A stretch of 64,000 nt of DNA from Victivallales bacterium (lineage in GTDB: Bacteria; Verrucomicrobiota; Lentisphaeria; Victivallales; GWF2-38-69): positions 12,800-76,799 of the forward strand of contig DASCNA010000095.1 of NCBI GenBank assembly GCA_036011305.1, in the 5' to 3' direction. The position numbers and the translations under genes were made by a program. Each line of letters starts with the position of its first letter. The stretch's first letter is position 1. The notes beneath the pieces are model-generated. The model did not search any database. It saw only the letters and a list, made by a program, of their open reading frames with translations, and was not told where the DNA came from. Of the stretch, positions 49,876 to 60,175 are shown piece after piece.

Positions 49876-50781
49876 ATGATGACTAAGAAAAGAATATTGA
49901 CAGGTAAAAAACTTAATGAAATTAAATGGGCATGTATATTTTTGGCTCCAATGTTTATCGGTTTGTTTGTTTTCTATATTTATTCTTTTGGAATGAATAT
50001 TTTCTACAGTTTTACAAATCTTGATTCATTAGGCAGTTTTTCCTGGATTGGATTGGATAATTATGTAAGAATGTTTCAGGATAGATATTTTTATGAAGCC
50101 TTATTCAATACGTTTAAATATGTAATAATAGCTGTTCCTTCAATCGTTATTTTATCTACTTTGATTGCTGTACTTCTGAACCAGAAAATTAAATTTAAAG
50201 GTATTTACAGGACACTTATTTTTATACCTGCAATAACAATGCCTGCAGCAATAGGACTGTTATGGAGATGGCTTTATAACTACCAGTACGGTGTAATTAA
50301 CATTATATTAGCAAAATTCGGTATTCAGCATGTCGCATGGCTTTCTGATGGCAGCCTGGTAATAGTCTCAGTTTCTGTTGTTATTGTATGGAGCATGGTG
50401 AGTTATCTGATGATAATAGTACTTGCCGGGCTGCAGGATATACCGAAAGTATATTATGAAGCAGCTATCATTGACGGGGCAGGGCCGTTTAAAACATTTT
50501 TCTGCATTACTCTACCCTTGCTTACTCCTACTCTGTTTTTTGTTACAGTCATTACTGTTATTAATATTTTTCAGGTTTTTGATTTCATTCTTTTAATGAT
50601 ACCTCAGGGTAGTGCTGGTCTGCATTCTGCAATGTCTCTTGTTTACTATTTTTATAACCAGTCATTTGTACTTTTTGATAAGGGATATGGTGCTGCTATT
50701 ACCATAGTACTGTTTTTTATCATTCTTATTATAACGTTGATACAGCTTAAACTTCAGAAAAAATGGGTCCATTATAATTAA
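49876..50781 (+). CDS. Carbohydrate ABC transporter permease 1
   Basis: GLDNY, LAGLQDIPKVYYEAAIIDGA. Confidence 0.92.
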   Translation: MMTKKRILTGKKLNEIKWACIFLAPMFIGLFVFYIYSFGMNIFYSFTNLDSLGSFSWIGLDNYVRMFQDRYFYEALFNTFKYVIIAVPSIVILSTLIAVLLNQKIKFKGIYRTLIFIPAITMPAAIGLLWRWLYNYQYGVINIILAKFGIQHVAWLSDGSLVIVSVSVVIVWSMVSYLMIIVLAGLQDIPKVYYEAAIIDGAGPFKTFFCITLPLLTPTLFFVTVITVINIFQVFDFILLMIPQGSAGLHSAMSLVYYFYNQSFVLFDKGYGAAITIVLFFIILIITLIQLKLQKKWVHYN

Positions 50782-50786
50782 TTCAG

Positions 50787-51620
50787 GTGGAATATAATAC
50801 GATGAAGAACAATAAAAAATATTTAATACATATAATAATTATTTTTATAATTATACTTACTATTTGCCCATTTTTGTGGATGATTCTGACTTCTTTAAAA
50901 ACCTTTCAGGAGAGTATTCAGATACCTCCGGATATTTTTCCTAAGATATTTCAGTGGCATAATTACTCAACTGTCTTTAAACAGTTTCCGTTCCTGGCAT
51001 TTTATTTTAATACTTTTGCTTCAGTTATTGGTGTTGTAATAGGACAGGTGATAGTAAGTTCAATGGCGGCATATGCTTTTGCAAAAATAGAATTCCCGGG
51101 AAGGGATGTACTATTTGTAATAATGCTGGCCCTATTAATGATTCCGAGTCAGGTATTTATAATTCCACAGTTTCAGATAATGGTGAAACTGCATTTAACA
51201 GATACTGTGATTGCTCTGATACTGCCTGGAATATTCAACGTATTCGGTACTTTTTTATTAAGACAGTTTTTTATGTCAATCCCCAAAGAATTAACTGAAG
51301 CTGCACTAATTGATGGATGTAATCATTTTCAGATTTATTATAAAGTAATGCTTCCTCTTGTTAAGCCTGCTCTGATTGCGTTGTCTATATTGACTGCCAT
51401 GTGGACATGGCAATCTCTTCTATGGCCCTTGATTGTGAATAGTTCATTAAACAAGGAAACACTATCTGCAGGTCTGGCCTTGCTGATAGGTCAGCATAAT
51501 ACTGTATATCCTCTTGTCATGGCTGCTGGCGTGTTGTCCATATGGCCTATGATTATAATATTCTTTGTCTTTCAGAAAAAATTTATTGAAGGTATATCTA
51601 TTTCAGGGAGTAAAGGATGA
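50787..51620 (+). CDS. Carbohydrate ABC transporter permease 2
   Basis: AAYAFAK, LRQFFMSIPKELTEAALIDGC, FQKKFIEG. Confidence 0.92.
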   Translation: MEYNTMKNNKKYLIHIIIIFIIILTICPFLWMILTSLKTFQESIQIPPDIFPKIFQWHNYSTVFKQFPFLAFYFNTFASVIGVVIGQVIVSSMAAYAFAKIEFPGRDVLFVIMLALLMIPSQVFIIPQFQIMVKLHLTDTVIALILPGIFNVFGTFLLRQFFMSIPKELTEAALIDGCNHFQIYYKVMLPLVKPALIALSILTAMWTWQSLLWPLIVNSSLNKETLSAGLALLIGQHNTVYPLVMAAGVLSIWPMIIIFFVFQKKFIEGISISGSKG

Positions 51621-51992
51621 GTCAATATTTCTTGGATAATAATAATGACAAAGATAAATATTGAATATAAGAATAATACAAGATACTAGAATCCAGGCAG
51701 GAGCAGTGTATTTTCAGCTTCTTACAAGATTTTCCATTGTTGTAAATATGATAATAAAGTAGAGTGTATGAGATATCTTTTCTTTTGAAAAGTAAGAGTT
51801 TAGCTTCTAAAAATTCGTATGTGTAAATTCTGAATAAGCAATTACATGAACTTTTGTCACGTATATGGCAAGGAATGCAGGGTAATAGATAGTAAATACA
51901 TATAATTCATTAAGATTAAACATCTAAATTGTTATATTTACCCCAATAGATTACATTATACTGTAAGAGATTATTCATAATAAATAGTTTGA

Positions 51993-52643
51993 TTGGAAAA
52001 AGTTATGGAGCAAATTCTAGTATATGCAGATAGTCTTTCCTGGGGAATAATCCCGGATACTAGGAATAGGTTGCCATTTGAACAAAGATGGCCGGGAGTA
52101 TTTGAGAACATGCTCAATAAATCAGGAGCAAACATCCGAGTTATTGAAAATTGTCTTAATGGTCGTAAAACTAGTTGGAGTGATCCTTATAAAGAAGGGC
52201 GTGATGGTTCGCAGGGATTGGCTCAGATAATTGAGATGCATTCTCCACTAAAGCTTGTCATTCTGATGTTAGGTTCAAATGATTTTCAGTGTACTCATGA
52301 TAATAATGCATGGATGTCAGCCCAAGGTACTGCTAAATTAATTCAAATAATACGTAAAGCACCAATTGAACCTGGTATGCCACTGCCGGATATAATGATT
52401 ATAGCGCCACCAACTATTGTAGAGCCAAAGAGAGCAATGGCAAGTAGGTTTAAAGGCTCTGAAAGAAGGTGTATTGGTTTAGCTCAGGAGTTAAAAAAAA
52501 TTTCTGAGGAATATTCGGTATTTTACTTCAATGCAGGCAGCGTGACAGACGCGAGCCTTGTAGATGGAGTTCATCTAGATAAAAATCAGCATAAATTACT
52601 AGGAGAGGGCATTGCGTGTGCTGTATTAGATACCATAAATTAG
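51993..52643 (+). CDS. SGNH/GDSL hydrolase
   Basis: YADSLSWG, CLNGRKT, MLGSND, DGVH; likely start 52005. Confidence 0.88.
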   Translation: MEKVMEQILVYADSLSWGIIPDTRNRLPFEQRWPGVFENMLNKSGANIRVIENCLNGRKTSWSDPYKEGRDGSQGLAQIIEMHSPLKLVILMLGSNDFQCTHDNNAWMSAQGTAKLIQIIRKAPIEPGMPLPDIMIIAPPTIVEPKRAMASRFKGSERRCIGLAQELKKISEEYSVFYFNAGSVTDASLVDGVHLDKNQHKLLGEGIACAVLDTIN

Positions 52644-52680
52644 AGAAACTCCATTAGGCTTTAAAGATGGAGTATCTCTA
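52641..52680. terminator. Hairpin between convergent genes
   Basis: TAGAGA-a-ACTCCAT...ATGGAGT-a-TCTCTA. Confidence 0.5.
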
Positions 52681-52742
52681 AGAGTTATAGCAATTTCTTG
52701 AAAACCATGTTGTAAAAAGGTCTACAGTGTAAGTTCAATTAA

Positions 52743-53729
52743 TTAGCTCTTCGGCAGTATTTTATTGAGTGGGCATACTTTAAGGCATCTGGAACATGAT
52801 ATATTTATTTTAAGCCACTGTTTAAGGCACTTTGATGCATCAATCTGCCAGCGCTGTACACCTTCGTTGCTGCATGGGGTTATATGGTTATAATTTTGTT
52901 TTTTACTACTATCAATAGCTCCTGCAGGACAGTTATTGGAACACTTGGAACATTTACTGCAAAAATCTTTTATTCCCATAGTAATTGGTTTATCAATTTG
53001 CAGAGGCATATTTGTAATGACTTTTGAGATTCTGATAAGTGAACCTAACTCAGGAGTTACAAGCATGCCGTTTCTACTCATTTCACCAAGGCCGGCATCA
53101 ATAGCTAATGGTATACTAAGTGCGAAATTGTTATCATGACATAGAGCTTTATAACCTGAATTTCTTATAAAAAGTGCTAATGATGATGCACATAGGCTTC
53201 CTTTAAGATAACCTATCATAGTTGCATTCTGGGCATCACACTCCGTCCCTTCAAGAATAGCAGATGAATCCATGGCACTCAGGAGGACTACTGCATATTT
53301 CATATCATCATCAAGTTTTATTTCTGTTCCTTCTTTTGAATAAGAATAAATCCAATTTTTATTCAATTTGCAAATACCTGATTTGTCTGCACTGAAAAGT
53401 GATGCTGCAGCCTTAACGTTTTTAGTGTTTTCTAAAATGTCTTGGTTATTTATTGAAAAATCAGAATTTTTTTCTGAAGCAATATTTGTTTCCAAAAGCT
53501 GAGATTTGATCGTCTCTACAGTTGAAGCAAGTGTTTTTGAAAAACTTTTATTATCATGCAGACTATCTGATGCATGACACTCATTATTAAAAAGAACTTT
53601 ATTGTTTCCACCAAATTTTTCAGGATATTTTCGCAATATGCTGAATGCCGTGTTCCTCTGATCAAATCTTCTATATATTTTTTTATCTATAGAGTAAGTA
53701 GGCTTATCTATTTCTGTAATTTCAAACAT
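52743..53729 (-). CDS. Reductive dehalogenase/QueG-like cobalamin 2x[4Fe-4S] protein without TAT signal
   Basis: RRFDQRN, ADKSGICKLNKNWIYS, AGLGEMSRNGMLVTPELG, DKPI, CSKCSKCSNNCP, KC-x10-CSRCLKVCP. Confidence 0.8.
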   Translation of the reverse strand: MFEITEIDKPTYSIDKKIYRRFDQRNTAFSILRKYPEKFGGNNKVLFNNECHASDSLHDNKSFSKTLASTVETIKSQLLETNIASEKNSDFSINNQDILENTKNVKAAASLFSADKSGICKLNKNWIYSYSKEGTEIKLDDDMKYAVVLLSAMDSSAILEGTECDAQNATMIGYLKGSLCASSLALFIRNSGYKALCHDNNFALSIPLAIDAGLGEMSRNGMLVTPELGSLIRISKVITNMPLQIDKPITMGIKDFCSKCSKCSNNCPAGAIDSSKKQNYNHITPCSNEGVQRWQIDASKCLKQWLKINISCSRCLKVCPLNKILPKS

Positions 53730-53785
53730 AATTAAATCCTTAAAATTTGATACATTTTTCTTCTTGCTTATAAAGTATACTCCAT

Positions 53786-54631
53786 TTAATATTGTTGCAC
53801 AAAATTATTAAATTTATGTGTTTCCAGGAACTTAGTGATATGTGTACAATTTGTAGGAATATTTAATACTGATAAACTTGAAGCTGTCGTTTCTTTCAGT
53901 AATTTTTTTAATATAACTGAACCTAAAGATATATCTCTGAATTTATTATCTATTACCAATAAGGGTATATCTCCTGTTTTTATTTCTATGATACCATATC
54001 CTTTTACTTCAGTATCTAATACAGCCTGAACATAAGAAAATTTTGTATTATCATTTTTTATTGAAGTGATAGAATTTTGCCATGAAGGTTGAAAATCACA
54101 CCATTTTTTAAGTTTAATCCAATCAATATTTAGAAAATTTGTTTTTAGAATTTTTATATTCTTTGGTGAATCGAAATCTGAGACATATTTATTAATATTT
54201 TTAAAACAGTTAAATTTTCTGATTATCTTAAATCCATATCCTTTATAAAGATTTAAAGCCTTTTCATTTGAAGTGAGGACTTCCAGAATATATTTATCGA
54301 TATTATTCTGTTTTAATAGTTTTGAATTTTCTTCTAAAATCTTTTTAGCCAGTTTTAATCCCTGGTATTTTTGCAGGAGACCGGTTCCTGAATCATAAGC
54401 AACAAGTTGCTTGTTAATTATTCTTTTTCCATTCAGAATAAAGCCAATCAGATTTTTGCCGTCAAAAACACCTGCTGAAACATTGAAATCTACACTTCGC
54501 CTTTTCATCATATTAGAAAATTTTTCTAACGACATATCAAGTTTGATCTGATAATTTGAAAAAGCATCAATAAAAACATTATAGATGATTTCTAAGTCGG
54601 TTTTTCCTAAATTGTTATATTGCAAATTCAT
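53786..54631 (-). CDS. Tandem GNAT acetyltransferase (probably truncated a few codons early)
   Basis: AFSNY, YDSGTG, YQGLKLA, LEVLTSNEKALNLY, PSWQNS. Confidence 0.85.
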   Translation of the reverse strand: MNLQYNNLGKTDLEIIYNVFIDAFSNYQIKLDMSLEKFSNMMKRRSVDFNVSAGVFDGKNLIGFILNGKRIINKQLVAYDSGTGLLQKYQGLKLAKKILEENSKLLKQNNIDKYILEVLTSNEKALNLYKGYGFKIIRKFNCFKNINKYVSDFDSPKNIKILKTNFLNIDWIKLKKWCDFQPSWQNSITSIKNDNTKFSYVQAVLDTEVKGYGIIEIKTGDIPLLVIDNKFRDISLGSVILKKLLKETTASSLSVLNIPTNCTHITKFLETHKFNNFVQQY

Positions 54632-54673
54632 ATCAATTTTATATATTTTTACAGAGAACTAAAACAAAGAATA

Positions 54674-55381
54674 TTATTTGTTAATAATATACTTTGAATA
54701 ATATAAGTTTACTTCCAAATAATGTTGTTTATTCTCAAGTTTATTAACTAACATATTGAACGGGTCAGATACACTAAATTTTTCGACAAATAAATCATAG
54801 AGATAGGAAGACGATAGTAAAACATGAGCCAGTTCATTTGCAGTAACTTTTATAATAGTTTTTTCATTACAGGCTATTATTTCAGTAAAGTTATCATTAT
54901 CTGAAAAGTTAATTTTGTGGTTATAATTTGATACTGATTTTATTATATCAATATCAAACTTATGTAAAAAGTCATTAAATAAAATTTCAAAATCATAAGG
55001 AATAATAATTGTCTGTTTATGACATACTCTTCTTAATTCCTTTACAAGGGAAGGGGAATTAGCGTAAAATAATGAACCTGCAAAAGTAACGATATCTACT
55101 GAACCATCAGATACAGGCAGATCTTTTCCGGAACCTTGTAAATATGTTATTTTTGCATTTTTAGTTGCCTCTTCTAACATAGATTTGCTTGGATCAATTC
55201 CATAAACATGTGAGCAGTATTTTGTCAGAGCTTTAGCAGAATATCCAGTACCGCATCCCACATCTAAGCCTTTCTGAAAAGATTCATTTTTAGTAAGCAC
55301 ATGTTCTAGAATTATTTCATGTAAAGCTGGGCGAAATGCAGAGTAGTGACCTGCAATAATTTGATTATATTTTTCAGTCAT
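54674..55381 (-). CDS. Class I SAM-dependent methyltransferase
   Basis: YSAFRP, GLDVGCGTG, GIDPSKSML. Confidence 0.88.
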   Translation of the reverse strand: MTEKYNQIIAGHYSAFRPALHEIILEHVLTKNESFQKGLDVGCGTGYSAKALTKYCSHVYGIDPSKSMLEEATKNAKITYLQGSGKDLPVSDGSVDIVTFAGSLFYANSPSLVKELRRVCHKQTIIIPYDFEILFNDFLHKFDIDIIKSVSNYNHKINFSDNDNFTEIIACNEKTIIKVTANELAHVLLSSSYLYDLFVEKFSVSDPFNMLVNKLENKQHYLEVNLYYSKYIINK

Positions 55382-55398
55382 GATTTATAATGTTATTT

Positions 55399-56250
55399 TT
55401 ATATTTTCTTACAATCTATTAATACGAATGGGATGCTTAGTTTAAAGCAACCTTCTCTATTTGCTTTTTCATTCATCTGATTTTCGATTAGTTTAAAAAT
55501 TTCAACCTGCTTGGTTGTTGGAACAATATCTTTCCATCCATCCAAGAATCCTAATTTAATGAAGAAGTGGTTAAGCATTGTTGTTCCGTCAGTAAATTTA
55601 TACTCAAACTGGTCATGTAGTACATTGAGTATAGAGAAGTTATGCTGTTCTAGTATTGAAGTAAATTCTTTTAACGGTTTTCTTTTTTTGTAAATCTGAT
55701 CCTGCATTTTATTCAATTCAAAATCCATATCTAATCCAATTAATACACTCTTCATGATGTCATAAAATTCCATCATTGTTGTGTTTAAATTCATTGTCTG
55801 AATAAATTGGCCTCCACTCTTGAGAATTCTGGAACATTCACTCAGTACTTTTTCCAGATCAGATACATTATTGATTCCGTTATTACTAGTTATCAAATCT
55901 AAGGAATTATCATCTAGGGGAATAATTTCTGCCATCCCATGTATAAGTTCAATATTAGTGAGTCTATAAAAATCAATTTTCTTACAAGTTCGCTTTACAG
56001 CTGAATCCAATGGGTCTATTCCATAAAATTTACACGTTTTCCCCAGTCTCATCGCCAATTCTGTTAATGGAAAACCTGAGCCGAATCCTATATCCAATCC
56101 TATTAAGTTTTTCTTTATATTAACATTTTCCAGTAGTTTTAATCCGAATGGTGCAGACCAGATTGGAGTTTCATCAAATAACTCGACTATTTCATTATAA
56201 TTTATATTTAAGTTTGAATTCGTTATTGTTACCATATTTCTAGTCTCCAT
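55399..56250 (-). CDS. Class I SAM-dependent methyltransferase
   Basis: LDIGFGSGFP, GIDP, DLITSNNGIN, RILKSGG. Confidence 0.88.
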   Translation of the reverse strand: METRNMVTITNSNLNINYNEIVELFDETPIWSAPFGLKLLENVNIKKNLIGLDIGFGSGFPLTELAMRLGKTCKFYGIDPLDSAVKRTCKKIDFYRLTNIELIHGMAEIIPLDDNSLDLITSNNGINNVSDLEKVLSECSRILKSGGQFIQTMNLNTTMMEFYDIMKSVLIGLDMDFELNKMQDQIYKKRKPLKEFTSILEQHNFSILNVLHDQFEYKFTDGTTMLNHFFIKLGFLDGWKDIVPTTKQVEIFKLIENQMNEKANREGCFKLSIPFVLIDCKKI

Positions 56251-56354
56251 AATTATTGTGAATTCAATACTTACTTAATATGTAAGTAGCAATTATTTCT
56301 TCAAATTATATACTTAAATATAAATTATAGAACTTATTTAGAAAGGGAAAAATA

Positions 56355-57095
56355 ATGGATTTTTTTTATAAGTTTAACATGCGAAATAATTTGGATAATT
56401 ATATTGAGTCAGCTTCTATAGAAAAGTTGAAGCCTTCAATAGGAGGTCAGATATTTCATTTTACAAGCGAAGATGTTCCATATATAAAAAATATAGAATC
56501 TGTTAAATTTGTAAATAAATATATGAAGAATGCAAAACATTTTAAACATGATTCTCTTATTTTAAAATATGCATGTGAAGAAGCTGATATGGATGGTGTT
56601 TTTATTGAAGCAGGAGTAGCTACAGGATTAACGACTAATTTTATTGCTGCTCTTAAACCATCAAAAAATATTTATGCCTTTGACTCTTTTAAAGGTTTAC
56701 CAAGCAATTGGGAAATAGGTAATATTAACATTAAGAAAGGTGCTTTTGCATTGAGAGATGGTTTTAAACCTATATTAAGTCATAATATCAAAGTAATTAA
56801 AGGCCTTTTTAATGATACTATGCCTGTATTTAAAAATGAAATACTGAAAGACGCAAAAATATCTTTTATTCATATTGACTGCGATATATATGAATCTGCA
56901 CGTGATATTTTTAATGCTTTAGGGGAAAACATGATAAGCGGGACGATTTTAGCTTTTGATGAGTTGTATAACTATCATTCATTTGAAGCTGGTGAATTGA
57001 AAGCTTTAAATGAATTTTTAGAGAGTTCTGGCAAAGAAGTGGAATTTATTGCTTTTAATGAAAATCAATACCAAGTAGTAGCGAGAATTAAATAA
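56355..57095 (+). CDS. TylF/MycF-like O-methyltransferase family protein
   Basis: EAGVATG, FDSFKGLP, IKGLFNDT, HIDCDIYES, FDE. Confidence 0.82.
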   Translation: MDFFYKFNMRNNLDNYIESASIEKLKPSIGGQIFHFTSEDVPYIKNIESVKFVNKYMKNAKHFKHDSLILKYACEEADMDGVFIEAGVATGLTTNFIAALKPSKNIYAFDSFKGLPSNWEIGNINIKKGAFALRDGFKPILSHNIKVIKGLFNDTMPVFKNEILKDAKISFIHIDCDIYESARDIFNALGENMISGTILAFDELYNYHSFEAGELKALNEFLESSGKEVEFIAFNENQYQVVARIK

Positions 57096-57198
57096 AAATT
57101 TCTAAGAGAATAGATTCCATGTAAGAATCTTCCTTTTTATGATATAAAAAAACTCTTTCGATTTTTTTGTACTTGAACTGTCTTTATAGTTAGAGAAT

Positions 57199-58626
57199 CT
57201 AACAGATCTGCTTCATTTCTATTCCTAGAAGTGAAGCTAGCTTTTCAATTTTACCCGATAGATGACCTATCCCGATAGCACAATGATGTGCTGGTCCGTT
57301 TTTAGCCCATTGATTCATGAATCTTTTTGCACCAATACTAAAATGATACCGGCTGTTTGTATTGCCAATATTTAATATTGGACCGGGCACAGATTCGCCT
57401 TCGGCAATTAGAAGCATTAGCTTTCCATCACCATGCTGAACAACTGAGAGAATTGTTACTGGACCATGTTTTACAGTCATTTGTATTGAAAGACCCTTTC
57501 CCGGTTTACCATGATATACAGGAAGTGGCACCAAGCCGACATCGCCCTCTGAAATATCAATATGTGCCGGTCCGTCATGGCCGAGATAAATAACATCATC
57601 TTTGAAGTCTGCCAGGTAAAATTCGGCAAAGGAACCGCCTGCATTAAAGATATCCATTATCTTCATTGCCTGTACATTTTTAACTTCGCCTTCACCTGCT
57701 ATAGGAATTCCTCTTCCTGTAAGCAATGTGTTTCCGGCTATCACAGAAGTAACAATATTTTCATATTCATTACCACTTGATCCTTCATAGTAATAAGCCA
57801 TAGAACCTAAATTATGTTTTTCAATTAAGCGATCAAGTGCAACTGATGTTTTTGCTGCTCTCACAACATCTTCTTTTTTACAATTAGATGAAATATCGAA
57901 TTTTCCCCCAAACTCCTTAATCTTTAATTGAACATCTTCATCTGTAACAGAACTGCGAAACTCAACCAGCTCACACATTTCCAATAACTCAAAATGATTA
58001 CCAAAAACTGCTGCCTGTTGTGTTAAATCGCTATAAACATCAAGCATACCGCTATAGTAGTTTCCAAGTATACCGACTCTATTATCACTCATCTCTTTTT
58101 TTACTAATGCCGCCTGTACCCATTCGTTTATTTCATTCCAGGCTTCCTTATCTTTAAGATATCCTGAAACCTGATAATATGAGATACCGGCTCGATTAAA
58201 GACACATGCGATTTCCGGCAAACTGCATGCCTGACAGTGTTCCAACCATACACCTGTCATTTTCCAACGATCACCCAGATTATTGAAAGATTCGTAATCA
58301 AGCTGTTCTACTGGCTGTAGATTTAGAATTATTACAGGAACTTTAGCTTTCTGCACTACTGGTAAAACAGTGGACGACAATGCATAAGTTGTAATAAACA
58401 AAAAGATTATTTCTACATCTTCCCGGAGAAATTGTCTGCCGGCAGTTTTTGCCTTTTCAGGAGTATCCACAAGGCCTGCATCAATTACCTGTGTTCCGAA
58501 TGCACTTATTTTATTCTTTACTGTTTGATGATATCCTAGTAAGTTATCTTTTAATCCGTCAAATTGATCCCAATATGTATCTAAACCTATGCTGAAAAAT
58601 CCAACTCTCATTTTTTCATTACTCAT
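57199..58626 (-). CDS. L-fucose/L-arabinose isomerase family protein
   Basis: GEGEVK, GSFAEF, GHDGPAH, GNTNSR, GPAHH. Confidence 0.82.
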   Translation of the reverse strand: MSNEKMRVGFFSIGLDTYWDQFDGLKDNLLGYHQTVKNKISAFGTQVIDAGLVDTPEKAKTAGRQFLREDVEIIFLFITTYALSSTVLPVVQKAKVPVIILNLQPVEQLDYESFNNLGDRWKMTGVWLEHCQACSLPEIACVFNRAGISYYQVSGYLKDKEAWNEINEWVQAALVKKEMSDNRVGILGNYYSGMLDVYSDLTQQAAVFGNHFELLEMCELVEFRSSVTDEDVQLKIKEFGGKFDISSNCKKEDVVRAAKTSVALDRLIEKHNLGSMAYYYEGSSGNEYENIVTSVIAGNTLLTGRGIPIAGEGEVKNVQAMKIMDIFNAGGSFAEFYLADFKDDVIYLGHDGPAHIDISEGDVGLVPLPVYHGKPGKGLSIQMTVKHGPVTILSVVQHGDGKLMLLIAEGESVPGPILNIGNTNSRYHFSIGAKRFMNQWAKNGPAHHCAIGIGHLSGKIEKLASLLGIEMKQIC

Positions 58627-58794
58627 AATTTGCTCTCTATTTTTAATATATATATTTGAAATTAGTAGCCGACAGTCATTGAAAGTTCATTTCAGCATCC
58701 AGCTATGAATGACTGCTGATAATATTAATGTGAAAAGGCCTGCTGTAACAAGTATTTTGTATTATGGTTTGTATACCTTCCCATTTCATCTGGT

Positions 58795-59595
58795 TTATTC
58801 AATTACATATCTAGGATAAGTTGATTTGGCATTTTCTGCTATTTTTATATCTATATCCAAAGTAATATATTTATTATTTTCGTCTGTAAGAGCAAGAAGT
58901 CGACCATAAGGAGAAATAATCCATGATTTGCCTTCCCAAGGTAAATTATTACTATCAATTCCGCCTCTATTTGAAGAAAGACAATATGAACCGGATACGA
59001 TTGCAGCAGATTTTCCTCCTGCTATCCAGGAGTCGCAATAGTCATCAGGAAAAATAGTACCGTCATAAGCAGGAGTCGCTCTTGGGCAGGACAGAATGTG
59101 AATACCTTCTCTTCCATATTTCCTGGCGTGTTCTGTAAACCATAAATCTGTGCAAATCATAATGCCGGTTTTTACATCATCATGGCAATTATGTGATGTG
59201 AAATCCAATTTCCCTCTCTGAGTCCAGACAGGTTCCATAAACCATTTTTCATTTGGGAGATAATATTTTCTATGGATCGGTTGGTATCCATGCTCATGAT
59301 CCCAGACAAATCCTTCGTTAAATCTTGCACTTCCTTCAGAAATAGGTCTTGAGGTTACAATTGTTTTAGCATGTAATTCTGTTAATTTGTTTTTAATCCA
59401 GAAATCATGGGCCTTCAAGGCTTCATCCCAAATTTCATCATCGAACTTATCGAATGACCCTAGCCATGAATAAAAGGGCATTTCAGGAAGAACAACAAAT
59501 TCACTTTTTTCCTTCTGAGTGTGTTCTATTAATTCATCCCAATCAAGAAGCAGATCTCTGGAATCATTTCTTAACTGACAAACTGTTACTTTCAC
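58795..59595 (-). CDS. Carbon-nitrogen hydrolase (nitrilase superfamily)
   Basis: Glu-Lys-Cys triad: LPEM, HRKYYLP, MICTDLWF. Confidence 0.88.
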   Translation of the reverse strand: MKVTVCQLRNDSRDLLLDWDELIEHTQKEKSEFVVLPEMPFYSWLGSFDKFDDEIWDEALKAHDFWIKNKLTELHAKTIVTSRPISEGSARFNEGFVWDHEHGYQPIHRKYYLPNEKWFMEPVWTQRGKLDFTSHNCHDDVKTGIMICTDLWFTEHARKYGREGIHILSCPRATPAYDGTIFPDDYCDSWIAGGKSAAIVSGSYCLSSNRGGIDSNNLPWEGKSWIISPYGRLLALTDENNKYITLDIDIKIAENAKSTYPRYVIE

Positions 59596-59617
59596 TTTTA
59601 ATACCTCATTAGTTAGA

Positions 59618-60175
59618 TTATTGCTTTATAAATTTTATTATTTCATCTATTTCAGGTACATAGCCATTATAAGTAGAAACTTTTAATGTCGGTTCATTAA
59701 AATCAGGTGACTCGTAGTCAGAGCCAGTAATAAATTGACCAGTATCTTTATATATCGACACTCTTTTGTCTCCATGAAAAAATTCTCTATTCGAATCTTC
59801 CAAACCTCTTTCTAAATGTCGTCTAGCGCATACTTCTGCATCTAGATCACATATAATTATAAAAGGTTTTGCAATTTTCTGTATTCTTGGTACAATCAAG
59901 CTCCACAGATTATGTTGAAAAGCAGCTTCAATAACAAGTGAAACTTTTCCTCTCAAAAGATATAAAATAGACTCAAAAAACAAATCATTTATTTTATTAT
60001 TTGTATCTTCGGGTAATTTATCGTGCCTTACATTGAAAGTATTTACAAATCCTTCTTTGATCTCATCTCTACTTAACTTTGGCAAGTACAATTCCCTGCT
60101 TAATTTACCAGCAAGAGTAGTTTTACCTGAACCAGGTCTTCCTGTAACAATAATACATTTTGCTTTAATATTCAT
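59618..60175 (-). CDS. Small P-loop kinase (AAA_33-like)
   Basis: TGRPGSGKTT, SRDEIKE, VIEAAF. Confidence 0.8.
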   Translation of the reverse strand: MNIKAKCIIVTGRPGSGKTTLAGKLSRELYLPKLSRDEIKEGFVNTFNVRHDKLPEDTNNKINDLFFESILYLLRGKVSLVIEAAFQHNLWSLIVPRIQKIAKPFIIICDLDAEVCARRHLERGLEDSNREFFHGDKRVSIYKDTGQFITGSDYESPDFNEPTLKVSTYNGYVPEIDEIIKFIKQ

